DNA of 64,000 nt from Octopus sinensis (GCF_006345805.1 NC_042999.1:8928001-8992000), one strand, 5' to 3'; positions 38,451 to 50,837 are shown, counted from the stretch's first letter. Translations and numbers: made by a program. The notes: generated by a model from the letters alone, not told the origin.

Positions 38451-41315
38451 TAATCAATATAGGGTGGCAAGGAAAATTTTGTAGAATTTTATTGCCACCA
38501 GCGGCCCAGTGGAAAAAATTAAATAGTCATAGACCATTTTTAAGTTCAACATTAACAATTAAGGAACGGCCATAATAGGCCATTCACCCACTAGAAATAA
38601 CAGCCAAAGCTTCTACCGCAAATAAAGATTAATTCCGTAAACAGGAGAAAATTAAAAAAACATTTACCTGTAATTTCTTGTACGGTATACCGTTTCATCC
38701 GCTGTTTAATGGTAAACTAACCTGATTAAATTAAATCAAGCCATCTTCCATAAGCCCGCGGATTCTTCAGCAAGAAATAGCTCAAGTCGGAACAGATATT
38801 TACACGAGGCATACCCAATCTTGCCAAGGCAATATCTGACCTAAAATTTTCAAATCGTCGCACTCGCGCCAAATTATCGGCAGCAAATAAATATCAGCCG
38901 TCGATTCCATTACGGAATTAACCAAAAATTCATAATTAATCAATATGGGTGGCATATATTGATTAATTATGAATTTTTTGGTTAATTCCGTAATGGAATC
39001 GACGGCTGATATTTATTTGCTGCCGATAAATTTGGCGCGAGTGCGACGATTTGAAAATTTTAGGTCAGATATTGCCTTGGCAAGATTGGGTATGCCTCGT
39101 GTAAATATCTGTTCCGACTTGAGCTATTTCTTGCTGAAGAATCCGAGGGCTTATGGAAGATTGGCTTGATTTAATTTAATCAGGTTAGTTACCATTAAAC
39201 AGCGGATGAAACGGTATACCGTACAAGAAATTACAGGGTAAATGTTTTTTTAATTTTCTCCTGTTTACGGAATTAATCTTTATTTGCGGTAGAAGCTTTG
39301 GCTGTTATTTCTAGTGGGTGAATGGCCTATTATGGCCGTTCCTTAATTGTTAGTGTTGAACTTAAAAATGGTCTATGACTATTTAATTTTTTCCCACTGG
39401 GCCGCTGGTGGCAATAAAATTCTACAAAATTTTCCTTGCCACCCTATATTGATTAAGTATGATTTTTTGGTTAATTCCGTAATGGAATCGACGGCTGATA
39501 TTTATTTGCTGCCGATAAATTGCGCGCGATGGCGAGTGCGACGATTTGAAAATTTTAGGTCAGATATTGCCTTGGCAAGATTGGGTATGCCTCGTGTAAA
39601 TATCTGTTCCGACTTGAGCTATTTCTTGCTGAAGAATCCGAGGGCTTATGGAAGATTGGCTTGATTTAATTTAATCAGGTTAGTTTACCATTAAACAGCG
39701 GATGAAACGGTATACCGTACAAGAAATTACAGGGTAAATGTTTTTTTAATTTTCTCCTGTTTACGGAATTAATCTTATTTGCGGTAGAAGCTTTGGCTGT
39801 TATTTCTAGTGGGTGAATGGCCTATTATGGCTGTTCCTTAATTGTTAATGTTGAACTTAAAAATGGTCTATGACTATTTAATTTTTTCCCACTGGGCCGC
39901 TGGTGGCAATAAAATTCTACAAAATTTTCCTTGCCACCCTATATTGATTAATTATGATTTTTTGGTTAATTCCGTAATGGAATCGACGGCTGATATTTAT
40001 TTGCTGCCGATAATTTGGCGCGAGTGCGACGATTTGAAAATTTTAGGTCAGATATTGCCTTGGCAAGATTGGTATGCCTCGTGTAAATATCTGTTCCGAC
40101 TTGAGCTATTTCTTGCTGAAGAATCCGAGGGCTTATGGAAGATTGGCTTGATTTAATTAATCAGGTTAGTTTACCATTAAACAGCGGATGAAACGGTATA
40201 CCGTACAAGAAATTACAGGGTAAATGTTTTTTTAATTTTCTCCTGTTTACGGAATTATCTTTATTTGCGGTAGAAGCTTTGGCTGTTATTTCTAGTGGGT
40301 GAATGGCCTATTATGGCCGTTCCTTAATTGTTAATGTTGAACTTAAAAATGGTCTATGACTATTTAATTTTTTCCCACTGGGCCGCTGGTGCAATAAATT
40401 CTACAAAATTTTCCTTGCCACCTATATTGATTAATTATGAATTTTTTGGTTAATTCCGTAATGGAATCGACGGCTGATATTTATTTGCTGCCGATAAATT
40501 TGGCGCGAGTGCGACGATTTGAAAATTTTAGGTCAGATATTGCCTTGGCAAGATTGGGTATGCCTCGTGTAAATATCTGTTCCGACTTGAGCTATTTCTT
40601 GCTGAAGAATCCGAGGGCTTATGGAAGATTGGCTTGATTTAATTTAATCAGGTTAGTTTACCATTAAACAGCGGATGAAACGGTATACCGTACAAGAAAT
40701 TACAGGGTAAATGTTTTTTTAATTTTCTCCTGTTTACGGAATTAATCTTTATTTGCGGTAGAAGCTTTGGCTGTTATTTCTAGTGGGTGAATGGCCTATT
40801 ATGGCCGTTCCTTAATTGTTAATGTTGAACTTAAAAATGGTCTATGACTATTTAATTTTTTCCCACTGGGCCGCTGGTGGCAAAAAAATTCTACAAAATT
40901 TTCCTTGCCACCCTATATTGATTAATTATGAATTTTTTGGTTAATTCCGTAATGGAATCGACGGCTGATATTTATTTGCTGCCGATAAATTTGGCGCGAG
41001 TGCGACGATTTGAAAATTTTAGGTCAGATATTGCCTTGGCAAGATTGGGTATGCCTCGTGTAAATATCTGTTCCGACTTGAGCTATTTCTTGCTGAAGAA
41101 TCCGAGGGCTTATGGAAAATTGGCTTGATTTAATTTAATCAGGTTGGTTTACCATTAAACAGCGGATGAAACGGTATACCGTACAAGAAATTACAGGGTA
41201 AATGTTTTTTTAATTTTCTCCTGTTTACGGAATTAATCTTTATTTGCGGTAGAAGCTTTGGCTGTTATTTCTAGTGGGTGAATGGCCTATTATGGCCGTT
41301 CCTTAATTGTTAATG
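38451..41315. repeat. ~490-bp unit array: one inverted copy (38451-38953) plus 4.8 direct copies
   Basis: Direct units start at 38956, 39446, 39941, 40424 and 40915 (490, 495, 483, 491 and 401 bp); (TA)n on both sides. Confidence 0.95.
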
Positions 41316-41412
41316 TATATATATATATATATAAAAACATATTATATATATATATCAAAATAAGCAACAAGGATATCCAGAGGTAATACAGTGCGATCGT
41401 TTCATGCGACTC

Positions 41413-41939
41413 CATTTAATTGAACAATGCAATCATTTCATTACATCAATTTAAAATATAGAGCAATCTTCAGCTGCACAAAGACAGAAATTAATTAAAT
41501 CAGAACAGAAAGACACATTAGTATAATTTTATCTAAAATCTCCAAGAAGTTAAGGGGATAGAGAAAGAACATATTGTACAACAACATCTTAGAGAAAACA
41601 TAGGGTAGTATCTGTTTACCCTCTGTTTTCTTTCAGCCTTAAATATACAAAGGGATTTGATAATCTAGTCTGTAAATTAAAACTGACTGACCCCATATAA
41701 AAAAAACAAAATAGAAAAATCAGTGACAAGCAGTGTCTTCTTGGAAAAAATTTCAGTTACAACTATGATGTTGTAGGTACGACATGTTCTTTGTCTATCT
41801 CCTAAACTTTTTGGAGATTTTAGGTAAAATTATACTGTGTCCTGTTCTAATTTAATTAATTTCTATGTCTTTGTGCAGCTGAAGATTGCTCTACATTTTA
41901 AATTGATGTAATGAACTGATTGTATTGTTCAATTAAATG
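41413..41939. mobile_element. Foldback/MITE-like element, ~175-bp imperfect inverted arms
   Basis: 41413-41588 versus reverse complement of 41767-41939 (CATTTAATTGAACAAT.CAATCA...GAGCAATCTTCAGCTGCACAAAGACA...CAACATC). Confidence 0.75.
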
Positions 41940-42104
41940 AATTCCAAGATAACGAACATTATGTGATCCTAAGATTGCCGCTCCTTTTGGTCCAAAATAT
42001 TGTTGTAGCGACTTCTGAGCTCCAATTCGCTGGTAGCGTGGAACAATTAGAGAAAAAATTAGGAATTATTTATATTCTAATCGGTTCAGAAGAGATTTTC
42101 CTCC

Positions 42105-42210
42105 TTTCGGGTCGATAAAATACGTACTCATTGAGTACTGAGGTCAATGTAATCGGTTTACTCCCCTCTTCTGAAATTGCTGGCCTCGTGCCAAAATTAG
42201 AAACCAATAT
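42105..42210 (+). mobile_element. SINE family A, 3' half
   Basis: CCTTTCGGGTCGATAAAA core plus tail. Confidence 0.65.
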
Positions 42211-42384
42211 TTCAAGAGTTTGTACGTAGTGTTGGTTTCAAAGCGTTTGGTGTTTATGAGATAAAACTTCTCACTTAAAAGACACCATTCTTTGTCTCAA
42301 AGATGATATACTGAGATCTGAAGAACTGAATACTTCCTACTTTAGGCTCGGGGCAATAGAGACACAATAGAATATATTCTTTTC

Positions 42385-42838
42385 TGCTCTAGGCACAAGG
42401 TCTGAAATTTTGGAGGAGGAGGCCAGTCGATTAGATCGACCCCAGTACGCAATTGGTACTTAATTAAGGCGGCGAGCTGGCAGAAACGTTAGCACGCCGG
42501 ATGAAATGCTTAGCGGTATTTCGTCTGTCGTTACGTTGTGAGTTCAAATTCCACCGAGGTTGACTTTGCCTTTCATCCTTTCGGGGTCGATAAATTAAGT
42601 ACCAGTTCCGCACTGGGGGTCGATGTAATCGACTTAATACCTATGTCTGTCCTTGTTTGTCCCCTCTATGTTTAGCCCTTTGTGGGTAATAAAGAAATAG
42701 GTACTTAATTTATCGACCCCGAAAGGATGAAAGGCAAACTCGACCACGGCGAAATGTGAACTCAGAACGTAAAGACAGACGAAATGCCGATACGCGTTTC
42801 GCCCGGCGTGCTAACGTTTCTTTCAACCCGCTGCCTTA
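42385..42838 (-). mobile_element. SINE family A short form, split by an antisense family A copy
   Basis: Tail at 42385-42465, head at 42700-42838. Confidence 0.85.
42466..42699 (+). mobile_element. SINE family A long form, nested, with TSD
   Basis: TSD GGTACTTAATT at 42455-42465 and 42700-42710. Confidence 0.92.
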
Positions 42839-42989
42839 GAATAGAATATATTTTATCAAGGGAAATAAACTCGACGAAATGCCTACAGGGGATTCGAACA
42901 CCGAACTTAATCTCAGCTAACTGAAACACTTATCTCTGCTGCCCTTCGGCTTTCTATGCTTTTCTCTCTCGATATCTTTCTTTCTTTTC

Positions 42990-43397
42990 TTTTCTTTTAC
43001 TTGTTTCAGTCACCTGACCGCGGCCATGCTGGACCACCGCCTTTAGTCGAGCAAATCGACCCCGGGACTTATTCTTTGTAAGCCCAGGACTTATTCTATC
43101 GGTCTCTTTTTGCCGAACCGCTAAGTGACGGGGACGTAAACACACCAGCATCGGTTGTCAAGCAATGCTAGGGGGACAAACACAGACACACAAACGCACA
43201 CACACACACACATATATATATATATACATATATACGACAGGCTTCTTTTAGTTTCCGTCTACCAAATCCACTCACAAGGCATTGGTCGGCCCGAGGCTAT
43301 AGCAGAAGACACTTGCCCAAGATGCCACGCAGTGGTACTGAACCCGGAACCATGTGGTTGGTTAGCAAGCTACTTACCACACAGCCACTCCTGCGCC
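42990..43397 (-). mobile_element. SINE family B, full length
   Basis: Near-consensus sequence. Confidence 0.92.
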
Positions 43398-44499
43398 TAT
43401 GTATATGCCATATTTGTGATATTGTCCGTGTATCTATATATGTGTAAGCCGTTGTGAATATATGGTAAAATCAATATAGTGTATATATATATGAATAGAA
43501 ATATATAGACATAACAAGTGGCTGGTTCGATGGTGATGGGAAGAAAGTCAGAGAGGTTAATACAAATAAAGCGGAAGGAAAGTTTGTAGTGGTTAATGAT
43601 TTTTTTTCTTCCTGATGTATATATTCCTTTGCGGCCATATTTACAATCCAATTCATTTCAGCTTTCTTTCATATGATACAAGTTGCTATAAATTTAATGC
43701 AGCCGCATTTATTATCAAGAATCTCATTCCGCGGGATATCGTTTCTATCAGTTGATATCAGTTTCACTTAGTGAATGAAATTAAATACGACCCTCTGCCT
43801 CGATTGTTCCTTCCATCTTATTATTTATGTCTTGAAATGAATGTATCCTTGTTATTTGATGAGTTGTCTCATTAATGCTACCAAGAAAAATGGATTCGCC
43901 AACAGTGGATCTGCTTAATGTCTTTTCAATATTCCTCTAGTCGTAGAATCTTGATGTCTAGTGTAAAGCGTGCGTGTGTATGTATGTATATATATGTATA
44001 TATATATATATATACGCATCCATTAGACATTAAGAATCTCTCCCACCTTTCTCTCTCTCTCTCTCTTTATATATATATATTTATATGTGTGTGTGAGAGA
44101 GAGAGAGAGAGAGAAAGAGGATCAGAGAGAGAGAGAATGCGAGGGAGAAAGAGAGAGACTTTCCTAGGTTAGATAACTGAGTTCAAGCACAACTTCCAGC
44201 TTTCAGTATTTTCGACGCATTTTGCTACTTAGTGGGTTGTTTTTCTCTCCCTTATTGCATCCACAGCTTTTAACTTCTACATTATTGAGGCTATTCCAAC
44301 CGAATACTTTGCCTTCAGTACTTAAGTCAACGTCCTAGATTTAAAAGTGATATCCAACATGGTCTTTTTGGTGCTTTGTTTTGTTTCCCAGAAATAAACA
44401 GTAAAGAAAGTTCATTTTGAGACTGTATTTATGCTGAATCCAAGTTTTTAAGGTTCATTCCAGAAGATTTGAGACTACTTCAGAAGAGATTTTCAAGGA

Positions 44500-44900
44500 A
44501 GTACAAAACTCGAATTCCTTTCAAGCAGGATCCCCTAACTTCCGTGCACTTGCTGGAATGCTCCAACAAATTCATTAAAGTCCTGTAATTAATCTTCCAA
44601 AATGAAGGGAGTCAGAACCCATGTCATAACTTCCATCATCTTCAAAATCTGAGATTTTTCTCCAAAAGTCACAGAGAGCAAAATGTAAAGTGTAGGTAGG
44701 GGGCGAGGGACGGCTTTGATGCTCATCTCTGTCAAGCATTTGGTTACCATGGAGATCATCACTGAGCAACCCAGGAAAAAACTTTGCACCAATTTTGCGT
44801 ATGTTCAGAATTTCAAGATTAATTCTGTGTACTGTTACCACGAGAACTCCAAACTGCATCCTTATTGGCTGCCATAGACACTCGACGTTCTTTATCTAGC
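44500..44900 (-). mobile_element. mariner transposase relic, internally deleted
   Basis: RRVSM...QFGV...TVHRI..EILNIRKIGAKFFPGLLSDD and IKAVPRP.P...FALCDF (WVPHxL and YSPDLAPxDF equivalents). Confidence 0.75.
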
Positions 44901-45357
44901 AAATTGCGAATTTTCACAAACAGCTTTTATGTTCTGATATCCTACTTCATCCCACGCCTCTCCTCATCTCTCTCACCTCCACTCTTCCCTTCTTCAACAT
45001 CCTGTATCAGTGAAAATGTTGATCGATAAACTGTCTGAAGAATATCGTAAGTTTTTGTAGCGTTCTTGCCCAGTTTAACAAGACTTTATTGCATAGCGTA
45101 CTTCCAGACGTCTCGACTGCATTCTGCCAATTAGTCATCTGAGACAGTCTTTCGTTGAATGTGTTCAAAGGCTACAGCCGTGTCCTTCAATCTGGAATAA
45201 CAAAACTTGGGAGGTCGGCTCATTAATTGTGCAGTAATCATATACTACAATCTAGGGCAGTTATAAACGCCTCGCGTAAGAAAATGGTCTCAAAACTTCT
45301 ATAATGCACTTCGTATTTAATAGAATGACCGAATGGTTGCTTATATATGTCATCTGA

Positions 45358-45770
45358 GGCGCAGGAGTGGCTGTGTGGTAAGTAGCTTGTTTACCAACCA
45401 AATGGTTCCAGGTTCAGTTCCACTGCGTGGCCCCTTGGGCAAGTGTCTTCTACTATAGCCTCGGGCCGACCAAGGCCTTGTGAGTTGATTTGGTAGACGG
45501 AAACTGAAAGAAGCCCATCGTACATATGTATATGTATATATATATGTGTGTATGCGTGTGTGTGTTTGTGTTTGTCCCCCTAGCATTGCCTGACAACCGA
45601 TGCTGGTGTGTTTACGTGCCCGTCACTTAGCGGTTCGGCAAAAGAGACCGATAGAATAAGTACTGGGCTTACAAAGAATAAGTCCCGGGGTCGCGTTGCT
45701 CGACTAAAGGCGGTGCTCCAGCATGGCCGCAGTCAACTGACTGAAACAATTAAAAGAGAGAGTAAAAGAG
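45358..45770 (+). mobile_element. SINE family B, full length
   Basis: Near-consensus sequence. Confidence 0.92.
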
Positions 45771-45789
45771 AGAGAGTATGTATATATAT

Positions 45790-46352
45790 TGTTGTATTTC
45801 GGGATGTTCATTTTATTTGTGCCAAATAAACACACGCACTATATATTTTTTTCTTCACTCGTTTATTACTATTATCTAATTATTTTAACGCCTGTCCATT
45901 GTCCGGAAATCTTTTTTCACATATCTGTGACCTCTTCAGCGACACTTTTCGATTGAGGCAGAGGAGAAGACCACTGCTGCTAAAACTAAGAAAAACATAT
46001 AAATATACACACACTCATGTACACACACGCACACACAGACACACACAAACACACACACACACACATACACACACACACACACACAAACAAACAAGGACAC
46101 AAACGCATGCGCACATAAGGATACAGATATTAGAAGAGCAGAACGGAGTTAGTGGAGCAAGAACACACACGGGAAGGAAAAGTCTCTTTGAAGAGGTCAC
46201 AGATATGTGAAGAAAGATTTCCGGACAAAGGACATGAGTTAAAATAATTAGATAACAGTAATAAACTAGTGAAGAAAAAAAATATAGTGCGTGTGTTTAT
46301 TTGGCACAAAAAATAAATACAATAAATAGAATGACCATCTCGAAATACAACA
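45790..46352. mobile_element. Non-autonomous TIR element with TGT...ACA ends (Ginger-like), ~160-bp TIRs
   Basis: TGTTGTATTTCG.GATG.TCATT...GTGCCAAATAAACACACGCACTATAT...GTGACCTCTTCA mirrored at 46177-46352; flanks ATAT/AAAT. Confidence 0.7.
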
Positions 46353-46414
46353 AAATCTGTTTCAACACACGATTATTTCACATCAGGAATCTTGCAAAAC
46401 GAGTTGATAAATGT

Positions 46415-46472
<58 letters not shown>

Positions 46473-46559
46473 TACATAATTCATACATGCATACATATAT
46501 ATGTAATATATGAATATACATACTTATATGTGTTTGTGTGAGTGTGTGTGTATGTGTAA

Positions 46560-46995
46560 GTGAAGTAACAAGAAACATTCTCTGGGGGACAAGCGTGTTG
46601 TAATTCAGGTTTCTGCCGCTAGAAACCACTTGATGCAAACCCTAACCCTAACCCTAACCCTAACCCTAACCCTAACCCTAACCCTAACCCAAACCCTAAG
46701 CATTAATCTGCCAACCGTCTGCATCGACTAAGGTCGTACTGCCATGTTGTGCGTCTTTGTTTTGTAGTGCTTCTCTGGTGTTCGTCGATTGTTGCGATGG
46801 TTGAAACGAAGGAAGAGTGTGCCTCCGTGAAATTCTGTTTTCTGCTGGGGAAAACGGCGGCTGAAACAGTTATTATGCTTGAAACAACTGACAAGGATGC
46901 TTCCATGAGCAAAACATACTTTCACAAGTGGTTTTCACTCTTTTGCAATGAACATTTGTCGCTTGAAGACCAACCTCGTTCAGGGCGGTCGTCGA
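46560..46995 (+). mobile_element. mariner 5' relic with N-terminal HTH
   Basis: MVETKEECASVKFCFLLGKTAAETVIML...KWFSLF...SLEDQPRSGRSST. Confidence 0.85.
46638..46697 (-). repeat. Interstitial telomere-type repeat (TTAGGG)10
   Basis: (AACCCT)8 AACCCA AACCCT on the plus strand. Confidence 0.92.
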
Positions 46996-47186
46996 CTACT
47001 TTTATAGGAAAATATATGTCTATTGACTTGGTATACATGCCAGGCCACTGCAAGAAAAAAAATTCTATAATTTTTCCTACACTATATTAATTTTACAAAT
47101 ACATATACATAAATACATATTTATATATCAATATCTATGTATTCATGTGCATAAATATATACGCATATATATACGTATATATATAC

Positions 47187-47259
<73 letters not shown>

Positions 47260-47539
47260 GCATATACCCGAGTGCGCGTGTGTTAGCATGTATTTGTGAT
47301 TGTGTGTGTGTCTATACACTGACTAATTGAACAACTTGTATATGTGGATGTAAAAGTTTATTACATATGTAAAACCGTTTCGTAGGCATTACGATAAGAG
47401 TAGGTTTAACATTAATGGCATTATTTATGAACCAACAAAGTCTTGGCGCCTGTCGTCGCGACTTAATTTATTCTTGAAAAAAATAGTGTGTCTATGTATA
47501 TATATATATGTGTGTGTGTGAGTCTGTATGTTTGTATGT

Positions 47540-47594
<55 letters not shown>

Positions 47595-47822
47595 TGCATG
47601 TATGAATGTATGTATATATAAAACGTCTTGTACGACACCATCGCAGCTTAGGGTTAATATTATTTTTAAAGTCTAGTAGTGTGAATTTTAGACATTACTT
47701 AAATACATTAAATATATTATAGACTTTATTGAATTCGTATTTCTTATGAATAATAAACGCGATTGCACTTAGAGTTGTATTTGGGAAGAATTAGAAGCAC
47801 GGCTGATGTGAGTAATATGTAC

Positions 47823-48028
47823 ATGGGTTTCAGAGTTTGGCACAAGGTCAGTAATTTCGGAGTGGGGACCACAAGTCGATTTTTATCGACAATCGTACTT
47901 ATTTTATCGACCACGAAAGAAAGAAAACAGAGTCGGCCTCGGTGGGATTTGAACACTGAACATAAAGATGAACGAAATGCTGCTATTTCGCCCGGTGTGC
48001 TAACGATTCTGCCTCCTCGCCGCCTAAA
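47823..48028 (-). mobile_element. SINE family A
   Basis: Core, B-box and head. Confidence 0.75.
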
Positions 48029-48049
48029 AGTAATACGTATATTATTGCA

Positions 48050-48330
48050 TAGTCTCGTTCACATTTTATGAGATCAACTGCTCTATACTTTCCCAAGTGT
48101 AAGATACATTTAACTGTTCCAAAAGTCCCTGCTGTCTCATCTAAGTTGAGGACCATGTACTGAAATAGCTTGGGATTCAAGGGCCCACAGCTATTTAACT
48201 CCCAAAACATCTCAGGGATGTCCATGGAGTGGGTGTAGATTCTTTTCAAGGAACAGCTTGACCTCTTGCTATCCAGGATCTCAGATGAACTATTATGGAG
48301 GTTGGAAACTCAAAAGAGGGCAGCGGTATT
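48050..48330 (+). mobile_element. CR1/L2-group LINE ORF2 C-terminal relic
   Basis: VPKVPAVSSKLRTMY*NSLGFKGPQLFN...HLRDVHGVGVDSF; homologous to 24757-25100. Confidence 0.7.
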
Positions 48331-48459
48331 TCAGGAAATTTTAATGTTATTTATAATATGTCGCGTTGTGGTGGACTGGGTAAGAGCGGTTATGAGTGAC
48401 TTGAGACGGGATTAATCAGTGCTGAGAAACCTTTAGCAATATTTCAGCTACTTAAGACA

Positions 48460-48660
48460 GAATCGTTGTTAGCACGCCGGGCAAAATGCTAAGTGGCATT
48501 TTGTCCGTCCTTACGTTCTTAGTTCAAATTCCACCGAAGTCGACTTTGCCTTTCATCATTTCGGGGTCGATAAAATAAGTAGTAGTCGATCACTGAGACC
48601 AATGTAATCGACTTACATCTCACTCTTAGAACTTGCAGGCCCTCTGCTGGAATTTGAAAC
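48460..48660 (+). mobile_element. SINE family A
   Basis: B-box, core and tail. Confidence 0.8.
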
Positions 48661-48734
48661 GAATATTTCAGCTACATTATATGTATGTCTACTCTCACAT
48701 ACACACACACAGACGGATAAACAGACAAAGAGAC

Positions 48735-48817
<83 letters not shown>
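48735..48817. repeat. (GATA)n microsatellite
   Basis: Simple repeat. Confidence 0.95.
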
Positions 48818-49109
48818 CACACACACACTCACATTGGCATACTAACATTAGAGCCCATTATCTTAGCTGAATATTTACTAAACTGATTCCCTGGGTAACA
48901 TAAGGTTGCAACAGTATGTTTCCATATGTCGCAGATATTATAAAAGGAAATTGTTACCCCGAACTTCCAACGTTCATAGTGGCGGACCAGGTACTCTTTT
49001 TATCTGGCTATTCTTGTGAAACCTGTCCGGATGGGTTGAATCTGCTTGGTGTAACGTCTATAACTGCCTTAGACCCGACCCGCCCCGCTCAGTCATGGAA
49101 TCACACAAA

Positions 49110-49710
49110 CATTTAATTACTTTTTCCATTTATTGTCTGAAACGAGTTATTTTTTTTGGCGTTGCTGCGTCTGTACATCCTAATGTGTTGCCCGTTGGTA
49201 TTTTCCTGTCTAGATTTGTTTTGTGATGTGTAGCGCCGTGCCTTGCAATTTTTTGTTGTTGTAAGTGCATAGTGAGCTGGCGAGTAAGTGTCGTATATAT
49301 ATGGCCCAAATACCTGTTAGAGACTTTAGGTTTATATCACGTTGCTCATTAGTAGCTTTTTTTGTGGATGTATACGCTTGTGGTTTATGGCTGATAAGAA
49401 GTCTTTAATTTTAATGTTCCTGTGGTATATAATTATCGTTAATTTATCATTTGTTGCAATGCATTTAGTTACCTGTTTTACGAGCTTTTTGATAATGCAT
49501 TCATCTCTTGTAGAGTCAAGAAGTATGTGATTAATAAAATACTCTTGATGTCTATTCTTTATAGGTGCGGTATGTGATGTGGTTTTGTTGTGTATTCCTT
49601 TCATTTATTGTTTTATTGCTGAGATTATCTGTTAGCTAGAAATCTCGTTGTTGGCTACAATTTGCTTTATTTCTTCAACTCGTGTTTCGTTTGAGGAGAA
49701 TTTCTAAATT
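49110..49710 (-). mobile_element. Penelope-like element relic (RT thumb/linker/GIY-YIG), a different family from 26745
   Basis: EEIKQIVANNE; DECIIKKLV...KLTIIIYHRNIKI...MSNVI; H-rich IARHGATHHKTNL. Confidence 0.6.
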
Positions 49711-49847
49711 ATCTTATATGTGAGTTATATGAATGAAAAGCTAAGAAACTATAGAACGCATGCGTACATTATCTTAAATCTCGTAAAAAACGTATCTAAA
49801 AGTGTTACACAAATCGAAAAATTAATATTAATTCTAATTCTTTGGTA

Positions 49848-50267
49848 TTACTCTTTTACTTGTTTCAGTCATTTGACTGCGGCCATGCTGGAGCACCGCC
49901 TTTAGTCGAGCAAATCGCCCCCAGGTCTTATTCTTTGTAAGCCTAGTACTTATTCTAACGGTCTCTTTTGCCGAACCGCTAAGTTGCGGCTAAGTTACGG
50001 GGACATAAACACACCAGCATCGGTTGTCAAGTGATGATGGGGGGACAAACACAGACACACAAACACATACATGCATATATATATACATATACATACATAT
50101 ATATACGACGGGCTTCTTTCAGTTTCCGTCTACCAAATCCATTCACAAGGCTTTGGTCGGCCCGAGGCTATAGTGGAAGACACTTCTCCAAAGTGCCACG
50201 TAGTGGGACTGAACCCAAAACCATGTGGTTAGAAAGCAAGCTACTTACCACACAGCCACTCCTGCGC
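49848..50267 (-). mobile_element. SINE family B, full length
   Basis: Near-consensus sequence. Confidence 0.9.
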
Positions 50268-50339
50268 TTACGTCTCAATCTTTGCAAAAGGTTCACAATT
50301 TCAGAGTTGAGCGTAAGTCGATAGAATCGATGCTACAAC

Positions 50340-50450
50340 TCAAACAGTTCTTATCGACCTCGCCAGAATTTGAACTCAGAACGTAACGACGAACGAAATG
50401 CTACTAAATATTTCACCCGAAGCAGAAACGATTGTGCCAGCGTACCGCTT
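50340..50450 (-). mobile_element. SINE family A 5' part, degenerate
   Basis: GAATTTGAACTCAGAACGTAA on the plus strand. Confidence 0.6.
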
Positions 50451-50486
50451 TATAAAAACTATAAATTAATATTAATACTAACAGAC

Positions 50487-50692
50487 GGTGGCAAGCTGGC
50501 AGAATCGTTACTGCACCGGGCAAAATATTCAGTGGCATTTCTTCCGTCTTTACGTTTTGAGTTCAAATTCTGCTCTGGTCGAATTTGCTGTTCATCCTTT
50601 CGGTAGTGGAAGGTTTCGATAAAACAAGTAGAAATGAATCACTGGGGTCTATTGTAACCGACTGGCCTCATGCCCGAAATTGTTGGCCTTCT
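50487..50692 (+). mobile_element. SINE family A
   Basis: GGTGGCAAGCTGGCAGAATCGTTA head, B-box, core. Confidence 0.75.
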
Positions 50693-50837
50693 ACATTAAT
50701 TTTAAAACAGTATTAATACTAATATTTAATATAATGATTTTATAAACATCTAATCCCGCCAAGAAACAACTAATATTAATGATGAACATGATATATAGAA
50801 CGTCGTTGGCAAATATGAAAGTTCTGATCATATTATA

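Noticed and set aside
38956-39446. Hammerhead search in the 490-bp unit (CTGAAGA-ATCC...GGAA; CGGATGA-ACGGTATACCGT-..GAAA)
   Set aside because: No candidate has both a canonical core and GAAA with pairing stems I and III.
38969-41128. Repeated 66-105 aa ORF MNFLVNSVMESTADIY...
   Set aside because: A by-product of the 490-bp unit; broken by indels between copies and has no recognisable domain.
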